Below, in pieces: positions 43,807 to 52,679 of a stretch of 64,000 nucleotides of DNA; position 1 is the first letter of the stretch; each line of letters begins with the position of its first letter. The notes under the pieces are model-generated. The model was given only the letters and a program-made list of their open reading frames with translations, was not told the DNA's origin and ran no database searches. The stretch comes from Candidatus Margulisiibacteriota bacterium (lineage in GTDB: Bacteria > Margulisbacteria > WOR-1 > O2-12-FULL-45-9), in assembly GCA_034723395.1 (NCBI GenBank), contig JAYEOW010000029.1:64001-128000 (forward strand), read 5' to 3'. Both the position numbers and the translations under genes were made by a program.

Positions 43807-45570
43807 TTATATAGATTTTCTAACGAATTGGAGCCACTTCTTGCTCCCTTTTCGGATCGCTAAGAAGATTGAAAAGTTGGCATAAATTACTTTACCTTTG
43901 CCGATCTTTTTGGTAATAATTTGTTCTTTTTTAGGCTTGTCTTTTAGCCCATCGATTAGACCATTTATAGTTGGTTCGGTATATTCGTATTTGACTCCTA
44001 GCAAATCTTCCATTAAAGCATTAGCATAAAGATGCCCGTTCTCGTCTTTTACTCCAAAGCGGGCTTCGGTGATCAACTTGCCTCCCGATTTGATCCATTT
44101 CTTAACATTACTATATTGTTTTTTTGATAATAGATAAGGATTTGGCATAAGGATCGTTTTATAAGGGAGTTTTCCAGAATCGATGTCTTGTTCGAAAATA
44201 AAATCGATCGGTTCTCCTTTTTTGTGAATTGCCATATGCGCAGCGGCGGTCGAATCCATGGTATGCACTAAACCTATATCTCCGCGAACACTTTCCCATT
44301 GGCCAGAAACACCGCGGGCGGGGCCCTGTTCCTGGTAGCTTTGGATCTCGCTTGAGCGGAGGTAGGCGATTGCAATATTAGAGCGGGTAATGCGTAATGG
44401 GTAATGCGTAATGAGTTTTTTTGCTAACTTTTTGATTGTCTCCAGCCTGGGAGTCGAGCTGCCATCGGATTTTAGGATGCCAAAGCCCTGGGTTTCGGCG
44501 CCGAACAAGGGCGGCAGCCAGTTGTGGTAGAGGATTGCCTCCGCGCCGTGCTTGACTGCCATCTCGGTCCATCCTTTGATCTCGGGCCCTTTTACATATT
44601 TAGGGTTCCCCCAGCGGACATTCTGCCCCCCCTGGAGTTCAGTAATATGGAATTCAGCCTTATTTGACCGGCAATAACTTCTCCACAGATCGTAAGTGTA
44701 AGCGAGATGCTGATCGCTCATATTTCCGCCAGCTGGATACACATCGAGACCGAAGAAATCTAAATTTTCTGCAATCATGCTATGATCGGGAACACGGGTA
44801 CAGATACCGATAAAGCCATTAGTACCGACCTTATGTTTTTTATCGATTGCTTTTACAACCTTTGCCAGACGGCTGACCCAATCTTTAATACTATCAGTTT
44901 TAAACCTGAACCAGTCGAGAAAGATATGCGGCGAAACCGCGTCCCAGATACCAGCCTTTGGTGTTGTAATATCTTCAAAGCGGGAAAAGGTCGTCGTCCA
45001 GAACTTTGCTCCCCATACTTCGTTTAATTTATCGATTGTTTTATATCTCTCTTTTGCCCATTTAATAAATGCTTTTTTGCTGTGATCGCAGTGGCAGAAA
45101 TCGTTTGAGGTTGTGCTGTCGAGCGGCGGGTAGACCGGTTCGTTATCGACTTGCCAGTAAAGCACTGCTGGATGATCTTTGTAGCGCGCAACCATTTTCC
45201 TGGCCACAATTTCTGCGTGTTTACGGTAGTTAGGGTTATCTTTACAAACATTCGGCCGCGGGCCGTAATCCGGATAGAGCGTTCCGTCGTTAGCGACGGA
45301 GCGGCTGTCAGGATAGAGCCTAAAAAACCAGGTGGGGACCTGCGAGGTTGGGATGCCGAGAAGGACTTTGATCTTATGCTTGGCGCAGAGATCAAGCGCC
45401 TCGTCGAGCTCTTCAAACTTGAAGTTTCCCGGTTCCGGCTCGATCCAATCCCAGGCCATCTCGCCGAAGCGGACGATATTGAGCCCCGCCTGTTTTATCT
45501 CCTTAAAGGTTTTATCCCAGGTTTCTTTGGGCCATTGGTCAGGATAATATGTTACGCCAAATGGAAACAT
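43807..45570 (-). CDS. GH42 beta-galactosidase-family glycoside hydrolase
   Basis: GVTYYPDQW, GLNIVRFGEMAW, WQVDNEP, LNEVWG, ITELQGG. Confidence 0.88.
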   Translation of the reverse strand: MFPFGVTYYPDQWPKETWDKTFKEIKQAGLNIVRFGEMAWDWIEPEPGNFKFEELDEALDLCAKHKIKVLLGIPTSQVPTWFFRLYPDSRSVANDGTLYPDYGPRPNVCKDNPNYRKHAEIVARKMVARYKDHPAVLYWQVDNEPVYPPLDSTTSNDFCHCDHSKKAFIKWAKERYKTIDKLNEVWGAKFWTTTFSRFEDITTPKAGIWDAVSPHIFLDWFRFKTDSIKDWVSRLAKVVKAIDKKHKVGTNGFIGICTRVPDHSMIAENLDFFGLDVYPAGGNMSDQHLAYTYDLWRSYCRSNKAEFHITELQGGQNVRWGNPKYVKGPEIKGWTEMAVKHGAEAILYHNWLPPLFGAETQGFGILKSDGSSTPRLETIKKLAKKLITHYPLRITRSNIAIAYLRSSEIQSYQEQGPARGVSGQWESVRGDIGLVHTMDSTAAAHMAIHKKGEPIDFIFEQDIDSGKLPYKTILMPNPYLLSKKQYSNVKKWIKSGGKLITEARFGVKDENGHLYANALMEDLLGVKYEYTEPTINGLIDGLKDKPKKEQIITKKIGKGKVIYANFSIFLAIRKGSKKWLQFVRKSI

Positions 45571-45599
45571 GGTTGGGATTATAACATAATTATTATAAG

Positions 45600-45724
45600 C
45601 CCTCACCCCCTTTGTCCCCCTCTCCCAGAGGTAGAGGGGGAGTGTGTATAAAAGCCTTTCCCTCTCCCTTTGGGAGAGGGACGCTAAAAAAAAGGTAAAG
45701 GATAGAAAAATACCAGGGTGAGGG
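45600..45724. repeat. CCCTCACCC...CCCTCTCCC/GGGAGAGGG...GGGTGAGGG palindromic element
   Basis: Terminal inverted repeats at 45600-45608 and 45716-45724; inner hairpin ccctctccc-ttt-gggagaggg. Confidence 0.8.
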
Positions 45725-45727
45725 TTG

Positions 45728-48700
45728 TTAACCTAGGGTTACAATTATCTTTTTAACTTTGCGCTCGCGGATCATTTTGGAATACGGTTCGGGAATATAC
45801 GGCTTGGTTAGCTCGATCTCCTGGCTGTCAAAAATGATCTTATAAGAGACCGGTCTTAACCCATCGAAAGTATTCTTCTTGGTTTTATTAATATAAGTTA
45901 CCTCGATCGAGCCGAGCAGGTTAAAACTGAATTTATCTTTTTTAAAGAGCCATTTTGGGAGGATGGGGGAGAGGGTAAAAACAAGCTTTCCGTTATCGTC
46001 GAGAGAAAAGACCTTTTTGCCGGTGGTCATGATGATCCAGATATCGATGAATTCGGCGGAGGCGCCCGAAAGCCGGGCGACAAAGCCGCGGCCGTGGTCG
46101 TCCTTGTTAGGATGCGCGCTGCTGACCAGGAACGACGAGTTTTCGAGGATGCTCCTTCGATATTTTTTCGGATCGAGGAACGGGATAAGGACATTTTTGA
46201 AATCACCGAAGAATTCTTTGTATAATCCGGCTTTTAATAACTCCAGCATATACTTATATTCCATATGGAGCCAGACCGATTCGTTCTCCAGCCAGCCGGG
46301 GGTAAATATCCGGGCGCGGCCGATCTCGATCGGTTCCCCTTCAAGCGGTGAATTAACTTTATACATCTTAAGTGCCTTATCGTAAAGAGTGCTTTTTTTG
46401 ACCAGACCGTAGATCTTCTTGTCATGCTCAACCTTTAGCGCGTGCACAAACCCTTCGAGGAATAGAGGAAGCGGCTTTTGGGCGAACTTTTTAACTTCGA
46501 TCTTATCTTTATGTTTTTCGTAATCGGTTACTTCGTTGATGAAATAAGTATAATAATTCTTGTACTTACTGAGACACTTTCTAATCCCCCGGTCGCATTT
46601 GTTAATAATATTTCCGAGAAAAGCCAGAAGGTCCTTCGCGCTTAACCTTTCTTCCTTCCCGCTGACGCCGAACCGGGTCTTTTTACGGTACGCTTCCTTT
46701 AACTTGTAGCTGTTCTCCCAGTATTTAAAGGGATCGGCGGCATGAGAAAGCTCATTGTTAAGCAGATTGATAAACTCCATTACTTCTGCCGGCAAGGATA
46801 CTTCGCTTTTGTCACTAATTTTTGTTTTGAAGTATTGGGCGAGACGTTTTAATTCTAAGGTTTCAGATAAAGATGAACCGAAAAGGGCGGGGAGGCCGTT
46901 TAACGCATCGTACCAGTCGGGTTTTTCTGCCTCCATCTCGAGGCCGATCCCTTCCGCGTCGAAGGAGGCGGCTTTATTGACCAGAATGGTCAAGATCTTA
47001 GCGGCGAGGGTAGTTTTATATTTTTGCGGCCCGGCCGCTTTGTCGGATTTTCTTACCGACCGGTATTGCCGGACATTGCCTTTATTCAGGCAGTATTTTT
47101 CTTTCCGGTCGGCGACGTAGTGGTCATTCTGGAAAAAAGAAAATATCTTCTTATCAAAGAACAGGCCTTTGACCCTTTCAGGGTAGATCGCTTCAAAACT
47201 TTCGAGCAGGTCGGTATTATATGAGAAATGATCGATCCAGAATCCTTCTCCGTGGCAGGCGCTATCTTCGATTTCGGAGGCTTCGATGATCTCTTCGGCC
47301 GCTTTTTTTGGGGAAGCGGTGAGTTTTAGCAGTGGGCCGAGCAGGAATGGTTTGCTTAGATCGATTTCTTTCCCTTTGAAATATTTAGCGGCAATATCGC
47401 CTGCTTTACTTTTGGATTTTATATAAAGTTGTGATCCGAGGACGACTAACGGATTAAACCCGTCAAGCTGGACAAGGTTATAGAAGCGCTTGATGTTGTC
47501 ATCTGCCACGGTTGGATTAAAAAAGATGTCGTTCCGGCGGTTCTGGTTGATGTCGCGGTAATTCCCGTTCCCCTGCGAATAGAAGGTCGGCATTAGTTTA
47601 AAATTGTTGTAGTCGCGCTCCATATCGCCGTGTTTGCGGTAATACAGGTAGATTATCTTTCCGTCGATATTTACGGGGAAGCCGCCGCGCATAACGTTAT
47701 CAAGAAAGTTTTGGCGGCAGTAGAGGTCGAATTGTTTGGATGCGCTTTGGGTCCCCGCTGATCCACAGAGGCTGTCGACCAGCTTTTTGTTCTCTTCCGC
47801 TTTTTTAGCAAAGAAACCGGCTTCGCCGCTATTTTTCTTGATCTGATTGAGGGCGGCAATGCTGTCGGCTTGCCCGAGGAGCGACCCTAACGAAAAACTG
47901 TCTTTTGCTTTAATGTTCAACTTTTTATAGGCAAAAGCGCACGGAGTAAATCCCTGGGTATGCTGTTTTTTTGGGATAGAGAAGTTCTTTTGGCCGATAA
48001 AAACCGAAGGGGAACCAAAGCTCCGGGTTTCGCCAAAGACAAGCTTTGGTTCAACAATAACCGCTGAACTGTCAGGTGAAACAAAGAAATTACCTTTGCT
48101 GATAAGCTGGGTTTCCGAGACATCGGCTGGCGATACCTTTAGTTTGCAGAAGGCGGTCCCGCTATCAAGGTTTTTCACGACACACCACGATTCGATGGTG
48201 CGGCTGATCCTTTTTAAAAGGTCATCGGCAAAACCGTATGGGATAATGACCGGGATCCCGTCCAGCAGCTCAACCTTTTTGCTTTTGCCCGAAAGGTTAA
48301 TGATCTTTATTGTGCGAGCGAGCGCCGGATAAGGCTCGTTGGCGATGGTGAAAAAATTTACTTCAACCCTGATCTTGAGTTTTTGATTTTCTTCAACTAG
48401 TGTAAGGTCGTGTGGAGTAATGCGCATTTCGTTTTTATTGCCGGAATTTTCGAGGAATGGTTCATAGAATTTTCCGTCGATCTTAATAAATGTCCGAAAG
48501 CCGGTGAGGGAAACGGTGCGGTAAGCCTTATTTGCCGGTAGAAATTCCATGATCGCCCCATCTTTGTCATTTACTCCCGCGGAGGTAATGCACTGTCCGC
48601 GGTTAGCATAAAAGACCCACATTGGACAGCCAAAGACGCCGGCGATCCCGGGGAAAAAACTCGAAAAGGCAGGGGATAAATTATAGTTTTCGATTACGAA

Positions 48701-48739
48701 CCCATCGTTTGCCGATATATGGTATTTGGGCTTTTTCAT
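45728..48739 (-). CDS. GH161-like beta-1,3-glucan phosphorylase
   Basis: FSSFFPGIAG..G.PMWVFY.NRGQ, RKHGDMERDYN, YSQGNGNYRDINQNRR, FTPGWLENESVWLHMEYKY, GFVARLSG. Confidence 0.75.
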   Translation of the reverse strand: MKKPKYHISANDGFVIENYNLSPAFSSFFPGIAGVFGCPMWVFYANRGQCITSAGVNDKDGAIMEFLPANKAYRTVSLTGFRTFIKIDGKFYEPFLENSGNKNEMRITPHDLTLVEENQKLKIRVEVNFFTIANEPYPALARTIKIINLSGKSKKVELLDGIPVIIPYGFADDLLKRISRTIESWCVVKNLDSGTAFCKLKVSPADVSETQLISKGNFFVSPDSSAVIVEPKLVFGETRSFGSPSVFIGQKNFSIPKKQHTQGFTPCAFAYKKLNIKAKDSFSLGSLLGQADSIAALNQIKKNSGEAGFFAKKAEENKKLVDSLCGSAGTQSASKQFDLYCRQNFLDNVMRGGFPVNIDGKIIYLYYRKHGDMERDYNNFKLMPTFYSQGNGNYRDINQNRRNDIFFNPTVADDNIKRFYNLVQLDGFNPLVVLGSQLYIKSKSKAGDIAAKYFKGKEIDLSKPFLLGPLLKLTASPKKAAEEIIEASEIEDSACHGEGFWIDHFSYNTDLLESFEAIYPERVKGLFFDKKIFSFFQNDHYVADRKEKYCLNKGNVRQYRSVRKSDKAAGPQKYKTTLAAKILTILVNKAASFDAEGIGLEMEAEKPDWYDALNGLPALFGSSLSETLELKRLAQYFKTKISDKSEVSLPAEVMEFINLLNNELSHAADPFKYWENSYKLKEAYRKKTRFGVSGKEERLSAKDLLAFLGNIINKCDRGIRKCLSKYKNYYTYFINEVTDYEKHKDKIEVKKFAQKPLPLFLEGFVHALKVEHDKKIYGLVKKSTLYDKALKMYKVNSPLEGEPIEIGRARIFTPGWLENESVWLHMEYKYMLELLKAGLYKEFFGDFKNVLIPFLDPKKYRRSILENSSFLVSSAHPNKDDHGRGFVARLSGASAEFIDIWIIMTTGKKVFSLDDNGKLVFTLSPILPKWLFKKDKFSFNLLGSIEVTYINKTKKNTFDGLRPVSYKIIFDSQEIELTKPYIPEPYSKMIRERKVKKIIVTLG

Positions 48740-48743
48740 TTAA

Positions 48744-50573
48744 CTATTCTACAGTTACGCTCTTTGCCAGATTTCTCGGCTGGTCCACATGACAGCCTCG
48801 TTTTACCGCAATGTAATAAGCTAATAATTGAAGCGGGACCGCGGCTAAAATTGGCGAGAGCATCTCGGAGCTCTTGGGGATAGTTACGATCCCGTCCGCT
48901 TTTTCTGACAAGGAGTTGTTTCCCTCGGTAGCGACCGCGATCACGATCCCCCCGCGTGCTTTTACCTCTTCAATATTACCTAATATCTTCTCATATCTCC
49001 TGCCGGCCAGGGCCAGGACTACTACCGGCATGTTTTTGTCGATCAGGGCGATCGGGCCATGTTTCATCTCGGCGGCGGGATAGCCCTCGGCATGAATATA
49101 TGAGACCTCTTTGAGTTTTAACGCCCCTTCCAGTGCGACCGGAAATCCTTTGCCGCGGCCGAGATAGAGCGCATTGTTAGCTTTGTATAATTTTTCAGCG
49201 ATCTTTTCGACCTCTTTTTCCCGAAGGAGGGCTTGTTCGAGCTTTTCCGGGATCCCGATCAGGTCATTGACCAGTTTTAGCGATTCCGGTTCGCTAATTA
49301 TCCCTTTCCTTTTTCCGAAAAGGATTGCCAGCAGGTAGATAACAGTCAATTGGGTGGTAAATGCTTTGGTCGAAGCGACCCCGATCTCCGGCCCGGCATT
49401 GGTATAAACCACGCCATGTGATTCACGGGCGATCGAGGAATCGATCACATTGCAGATCGAAATAACTTTGGCGTTCTGTGCTTTTGCCTCCCAGACCGCG
49501 CCTAAGGTATCGGCAGTTTCTCCTGACTGGGTAATAGCGATTACCAGGGTGTTCTCGTCGATGATCGGATGCCGGTACCTGAATTCGGCCGCGTACTCGA
49601 CCTCTGCCGGGATTTTAGCAAATTGTTCGAACAGATATTCACCGACTAATCCGGCATGCCAGGATGTCCCGCAGGCGGTAAAGACGATGCGGTTAATCTT
49701 TCTGATCTCTTCATCGGTTAAATTTAATTCGTCAAAATGGATCTTGTGGCTTTCGGCGGTAATCCTCCCTTTGATAGTTTTGCGAATAGCGTTGGGCTGT
49801 TCGTGGATCTCTTTGAGCATGAAGTGTGTGTATCCGCCCTTTTCGGCCGATTCCGGGTCCCAGGAAATCAGCTCAACGTTAACGTCTGCGTTCTTCCCCT
49901 CGTGGTCAAAGATCTCAGCCTCATTAGCGCTTATGATCCCCATCTGGCCGTTATCAAGCTTTACGATCTTGCTGGTATACTTGAGAAGGGCGGGGATATC
50001 GGACGAGATAAAGGTCTCTTTTTCGCCAAAGCCGATGATCAGCGGGCTGCCGTGGCGGGCGATGAAGATCTTTTCCGGATCATGCTCTGAAATAACCGCT
50101 AAAGCATACGATCCGCGGATCCGGTTTAATGTTTTAGCAATTGCTTTAAATAAGTTGCCGTCAAAGTTCTCCTCGATCAAATGGGCAACAACTTCGGTAT
50201 CGGTAGCCGAATCAAACTTGTGTCCTTTGTTGGCCAGTTCACGGCGAAGTTCCAGGTAATTTTCAATGATCCCGTTATGGACAACGGTGATCTTGCCGGT
50301 ACAGTCCTGGTGGGGGTGAGAGTTAAGGTGGGACGGCCTTCCATGAGTTGCCCAGCGGGTGTGGCCGATCCCGATCCCGCCGCCGATCGGTTTTTGTTTG
50401 AGGATCTCTTCGAGGTCGACGATTTTCCCTGCGCATTTTGAAACAAACAGTTTTTTATTGTCCAGGGTCGCGACGCCGGCAGAATCGTAGCCGCGGTATT
50501 CGAGCTTCTTCAGCCCTTCGACGATAAAGGGGACCGCCTCTTTGTTTCCAATATATCCGAAGATTCCGCACAT
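48744..50573 (-). CDS. glmS: Glutamine-fructose-6-phosphate aminotransferase
   Basis: MCGIFG, LEYRGYDSAG, GHTRWATHG, QSGETADT, PRNLAKSVTVE. Confidence 0.97.
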   Translation of the reverse strand: MCGIFGYIGNKEAVPFIVEGLKKLEYRGYDSAGVATLDNKKLFVSKCAGKIVDLEEILKQKPIGGGIGIGHTRWATHGRPSHLNSHPHQDCTGKITVVHNGIIENYLELRRELANKGHKFDSATDTEVVAHLIEENFDGNLFKAIAKTLNRIRGSYALAVISEHDPEKIFIARHGSPLIIGFGEKETFISSDIPALLKYTSKIVKLDNGQMGIISANEAEIFDHEGKNADVNVELISWDPESAEKGGYTHFMLKEIHEQPNAIRKTIKGRITAESHKIHFDELNLTDEEIRKINRIVFTACGTSWHAGLVGEYLFEQFAKIPAEVEYAAEFRYRHPIIDENTLVIAITQSGETADTLGAVWEAKAQNAKVISICNVIDSSIARESHGVVYTNAGPEIGVASTKAFTTQLTVIYLLAILFGKRKGIISEPESLKLVNDLIGIPEKLEQALLREKEVEKIAEKLYKANNALYLGRGKGFPVALEGALKLKEVSYIHAEGYPAAEMKHGPIALIDKNMPVVVLALAGRRYEKILGNIEEVKARGGIVIAVATEGNNSLSEKADGIVTIPKSSEMLSPILAAVPLQLLAYYIAVKRGCHVDQPRNLAKSVTVE

Positions 50574-50574
50574 G

Positions 50575-51918
50575 TTACTGGTTTAATATCGCTTCTACCT
50601 CTTTCTTGGCAAGTTGAAGCTGTTTCCTTATTTTTTCCGGTTTATAATCGGATCCCGAAGTTACATAATCCCACATGATCCCGAACCTTCGGGTCAAGAT
50701 CGGCTCAAGCAATCCCCAGCTTGGCACCGGCGGATAGGTACGGCCGATGAGCACCGCTTTTTTAAATATTTTTCGATGAGGATCCCTGGCGAAGAAGGGA
50801 TCGTCAAAAGCATCCATTCTGGCGGGTAAGAATCCAGACACTTTTGTGTATGCGATCTGGGCTTTTCTGGAGGTCAAATATTTTATGACCTTAAAGGCCC
50901 CCGCCTTATTTTTAGCATGTTTAAAGATGGCCAGGTTCGATCCGCCGACAAAAGTATACCTTCCCTTGGGCCCTCTCGGATATTCGGTGACCGCGAAATT
51001 CCTGGAAGTGAGCGAGCCGGCCGCGCCCCCTTCGGCAGCGGGGCGGGTCAGGGTCTTAACCTCGTATGGCCCGTCGAAATACATCGCACAGGTACCGTCG
51101 TTAAAGTTGCCGGAGACCTGGGCGGTGTTTAGCTCGAGGTATGATATTGGGACAAAACTGTCGCGGACCAGGCTGATATAAAAAGAGATCCCGTTAAATA
51201 CCGCATCACTGTCCAAGACGCAGGTCTTTCGGTCGGCCCCTAAAAAATCTCCGCCAGCCATCCAGATCCATGGGGCAAGCGAGTGGATAACGTTCCAGTC
51301 GTTCTTTCCCGACATGCCGAGCGGAGCGATCGATTGGTCATCGATCACCACATCTGCATCGTAGATCTTCTTGAGTGAACGTTTAAATGAATTCCAGGTG
51401 TTTAATTCGTAGGGACGGACACCTGCCTTCCTTAAAACGTCCCTCCTATAGTAGAGGGCGCGGGCGTCTACGATCCAGGGGATTGCGGTAGTCTTGCCCG
51501 AGTTTTCGATCCCGGTCGTTTTCCAGGCTACCGGGACAAAGGTCTTTCTTCCGCCAAGGTCAGCAATCGCTTCTTTGGAAAGGACTTCAAGCGCCCCCAT
51601 TCCGGTAATTGCCGAGACCCAGGTCGAGCCCAACTGAACTACATCTGGAACGTCTCCGGAAGTCGCGGCGGTGGTTATTTTTGACCAGGCGGCACCCCAG
51701 TCGACCGAGGTGATCTTAACTTTGATACCGGTCTCTTTCTCAAATGGTTCCAGGAGCTCTTTGAGATCGCTGACCGGATCGAGTGAGTTGGGCATGACCC
51801 ACATTTCGACAACTTTGCTGTCACTTTTTTTGGCGCCGTTATTGCAGCCGGTGATATTGAGAAGTAGGATGGTAGTTAGTAGTATAGCGGGAAGCAGAAT
51901 TAGCAGTCTCTTTTTCAT
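50575..51918 (-). CDS. Sugar ABC transporter substrate-binding lipoprotein
   Basis: ITGC lipobox; GDVPDVVQLGSTW, IPWIVDARALYYR, FVGGSNLAIF. ATG at 51918 follows an AGGAG RBS. Confidence 0.88.
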   Translation of the reverse strand: MKKRLLILLPAILLTTILLLNITGCNNGAKKSDSKVVEMWVMPNSLDPVSDLKELLEPFEKETGIKVKITSVDWGAAWSKITTAATSGDVPDVVQLGSTWVSAITGMGALEVLSKEAIADLGGRKTFVPVAWKTTGIENSGKTTAIPWIVDARALYYRRDVLRKAGVRPYELNTWNSFKRSLKKIYDADVVIDDQSIAPLGMSGKNDWNVIHSLAPWIWMAGGDFLGADRKTCVLDSDAVFNGISFYISLVRDSFVPISYLELNTAQVSGNFNDGTCAMYFDGPYEVKTLTRPAAEGGAAGSLTSRNFAVTEYPRGPKGRYTFVGGSNLAIFKHAKNKAGAFKVIKYLTSRKAQIAYTKVSGFLPARMDAFDDPFFARDPHRKIFKKAVLIGRTYPPVPSWGLLEPILTRRFGIMWDYVTSGSDYKPEKIRKQLQLAKKEVEAILNQ

Positions 51919-51958
51919 GTATAGGCTCCTCTCAGTTTTATAGCGAACACAAAACGTA

Positions 51959-51987
51959 ATTATACCATAAATAGGGGGGATTTTCAA
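51959..51987 (-). promoter_or_regulatory. Sigma-70-type promoter of the SBP-glmS-GH161 operon
   Basis: TTGAAA-N17-TATAAT with an extended TG. Confidence 0.6.
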
Positions 51988-52015
51988 GGTAAGACAGCAA
52001 AAAAATAACGTCAAA

Positions 52016-52104
52016 CCCTCACCCAGAGATTTCTCTAATGCCCTCATCCAAGTCATTCTAAACGTTTGGTTTATTCTAAACTTCCCTCTCCCGAAGGGAG
52101 AGGG
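52016..52104. repeat. Palindromic element upstream of the DUF559 gene
   Basis: ccctcaccc, ccctcatcc and hairpin ccctctccc-gaa-gggagaggg. Confidence 0.75.
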
Positions 52105-52136
52105 AGTTAATGGTATAATAATAGTATTAAATAGAT

Positions 52137-52517
52137 ATGAGAGAAAAGAAGAAGATATTTGCCAGAAGATTGAGAAAAGAGCAAACGAAAGTGGAGAAGG
52201 TTGTTTGGGAGCTTATAAGAAATCGCAAGTTTATGGGTTTAAAATTTAGAAGACAGCATGTTATTGAAGGATTTGTAGTAGATTTTTATTGTAACAATCT
52301 AAGGCTTGGAATTGAAATCGATGGAGGTATTCATTTAAGGCAGAAGGAATACGATCGATTGCGACAAGAAATTATTGAATCAGAAGATATTAAAATAGTC
52401 AGAATAACCAATAAAGAAATCAAAGCAAATAAGAGAATAATCCTTAAAAAGATAAAGCAATTTATCGATAACCATATTGCCCCTCTCCCTTTTAGCCCTC
52501 ACCCAAGCGCTCATTAA
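52137..52517 (+). CDS. DUF559 / Vsr-like PD-(D/E)XK endonuclease domain protein
   Basis: ARRLRKEQT..EKVVW..IRNR, KFRRQH, FVVDFYC, IEIDGGIH, YDRLR. Confidence 0.9.
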   Translation: MREKKKIFARRLRKEQTKVEKVVWELIRNRKFMGLKFRRQHVIEGFVVDFYCNNLRLGIEIDGGIHLRQKEYDRLRQEIIESEDIKIVRITNKEIKANKRIILKKIKQFIDNHIAPLPFSPHPSAH

Positions 52518-52601
52518 CCAATAGTTTTTTAATCACTCCCTCTCCCATGGGGAGAGGGACGTTTAAGAAGATTGAGCAGTAAGGAATACCTTGGGTGAGG
52601 G
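52496..52601 (+). repeat. ~105-bp palindromic element overlapping the DUF559 3' end
   Basis: ccctcacccaag...ccctctcccatggggagaggg...cttgggtgaggg; inverted copy at 56771-56872. Confidence 0.85.
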
Positions 52602-52615
52602 CTGTTGCCCCTCCC

Positions 52616-52653
52616 AAAAAAAAATAACGCCGGAAACAGGCGTCCGGCGTTAT
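52616..52653 (-). terminator. Intrinsic terminator
   Basis: ataacgccgga/tccggcgttat stem followed by a U-run on the minus strand. Confidence 0.7.
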
Positions 52654-52679
52654 ATAAAACACTAAACTATTGAACTAGG

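Noticed and set aside
50574..50700. glmS ribozyme upstream of glmS
   Set aside because: glmS starts 1 nt after the upstream CDS stop; there is no leader to hold it.
51919..52056. Extended start of the substrate-binding protein
   Set aside because: Covers the promoter and repeat; RBS and lipoprotein signal support the ATG at 51918.
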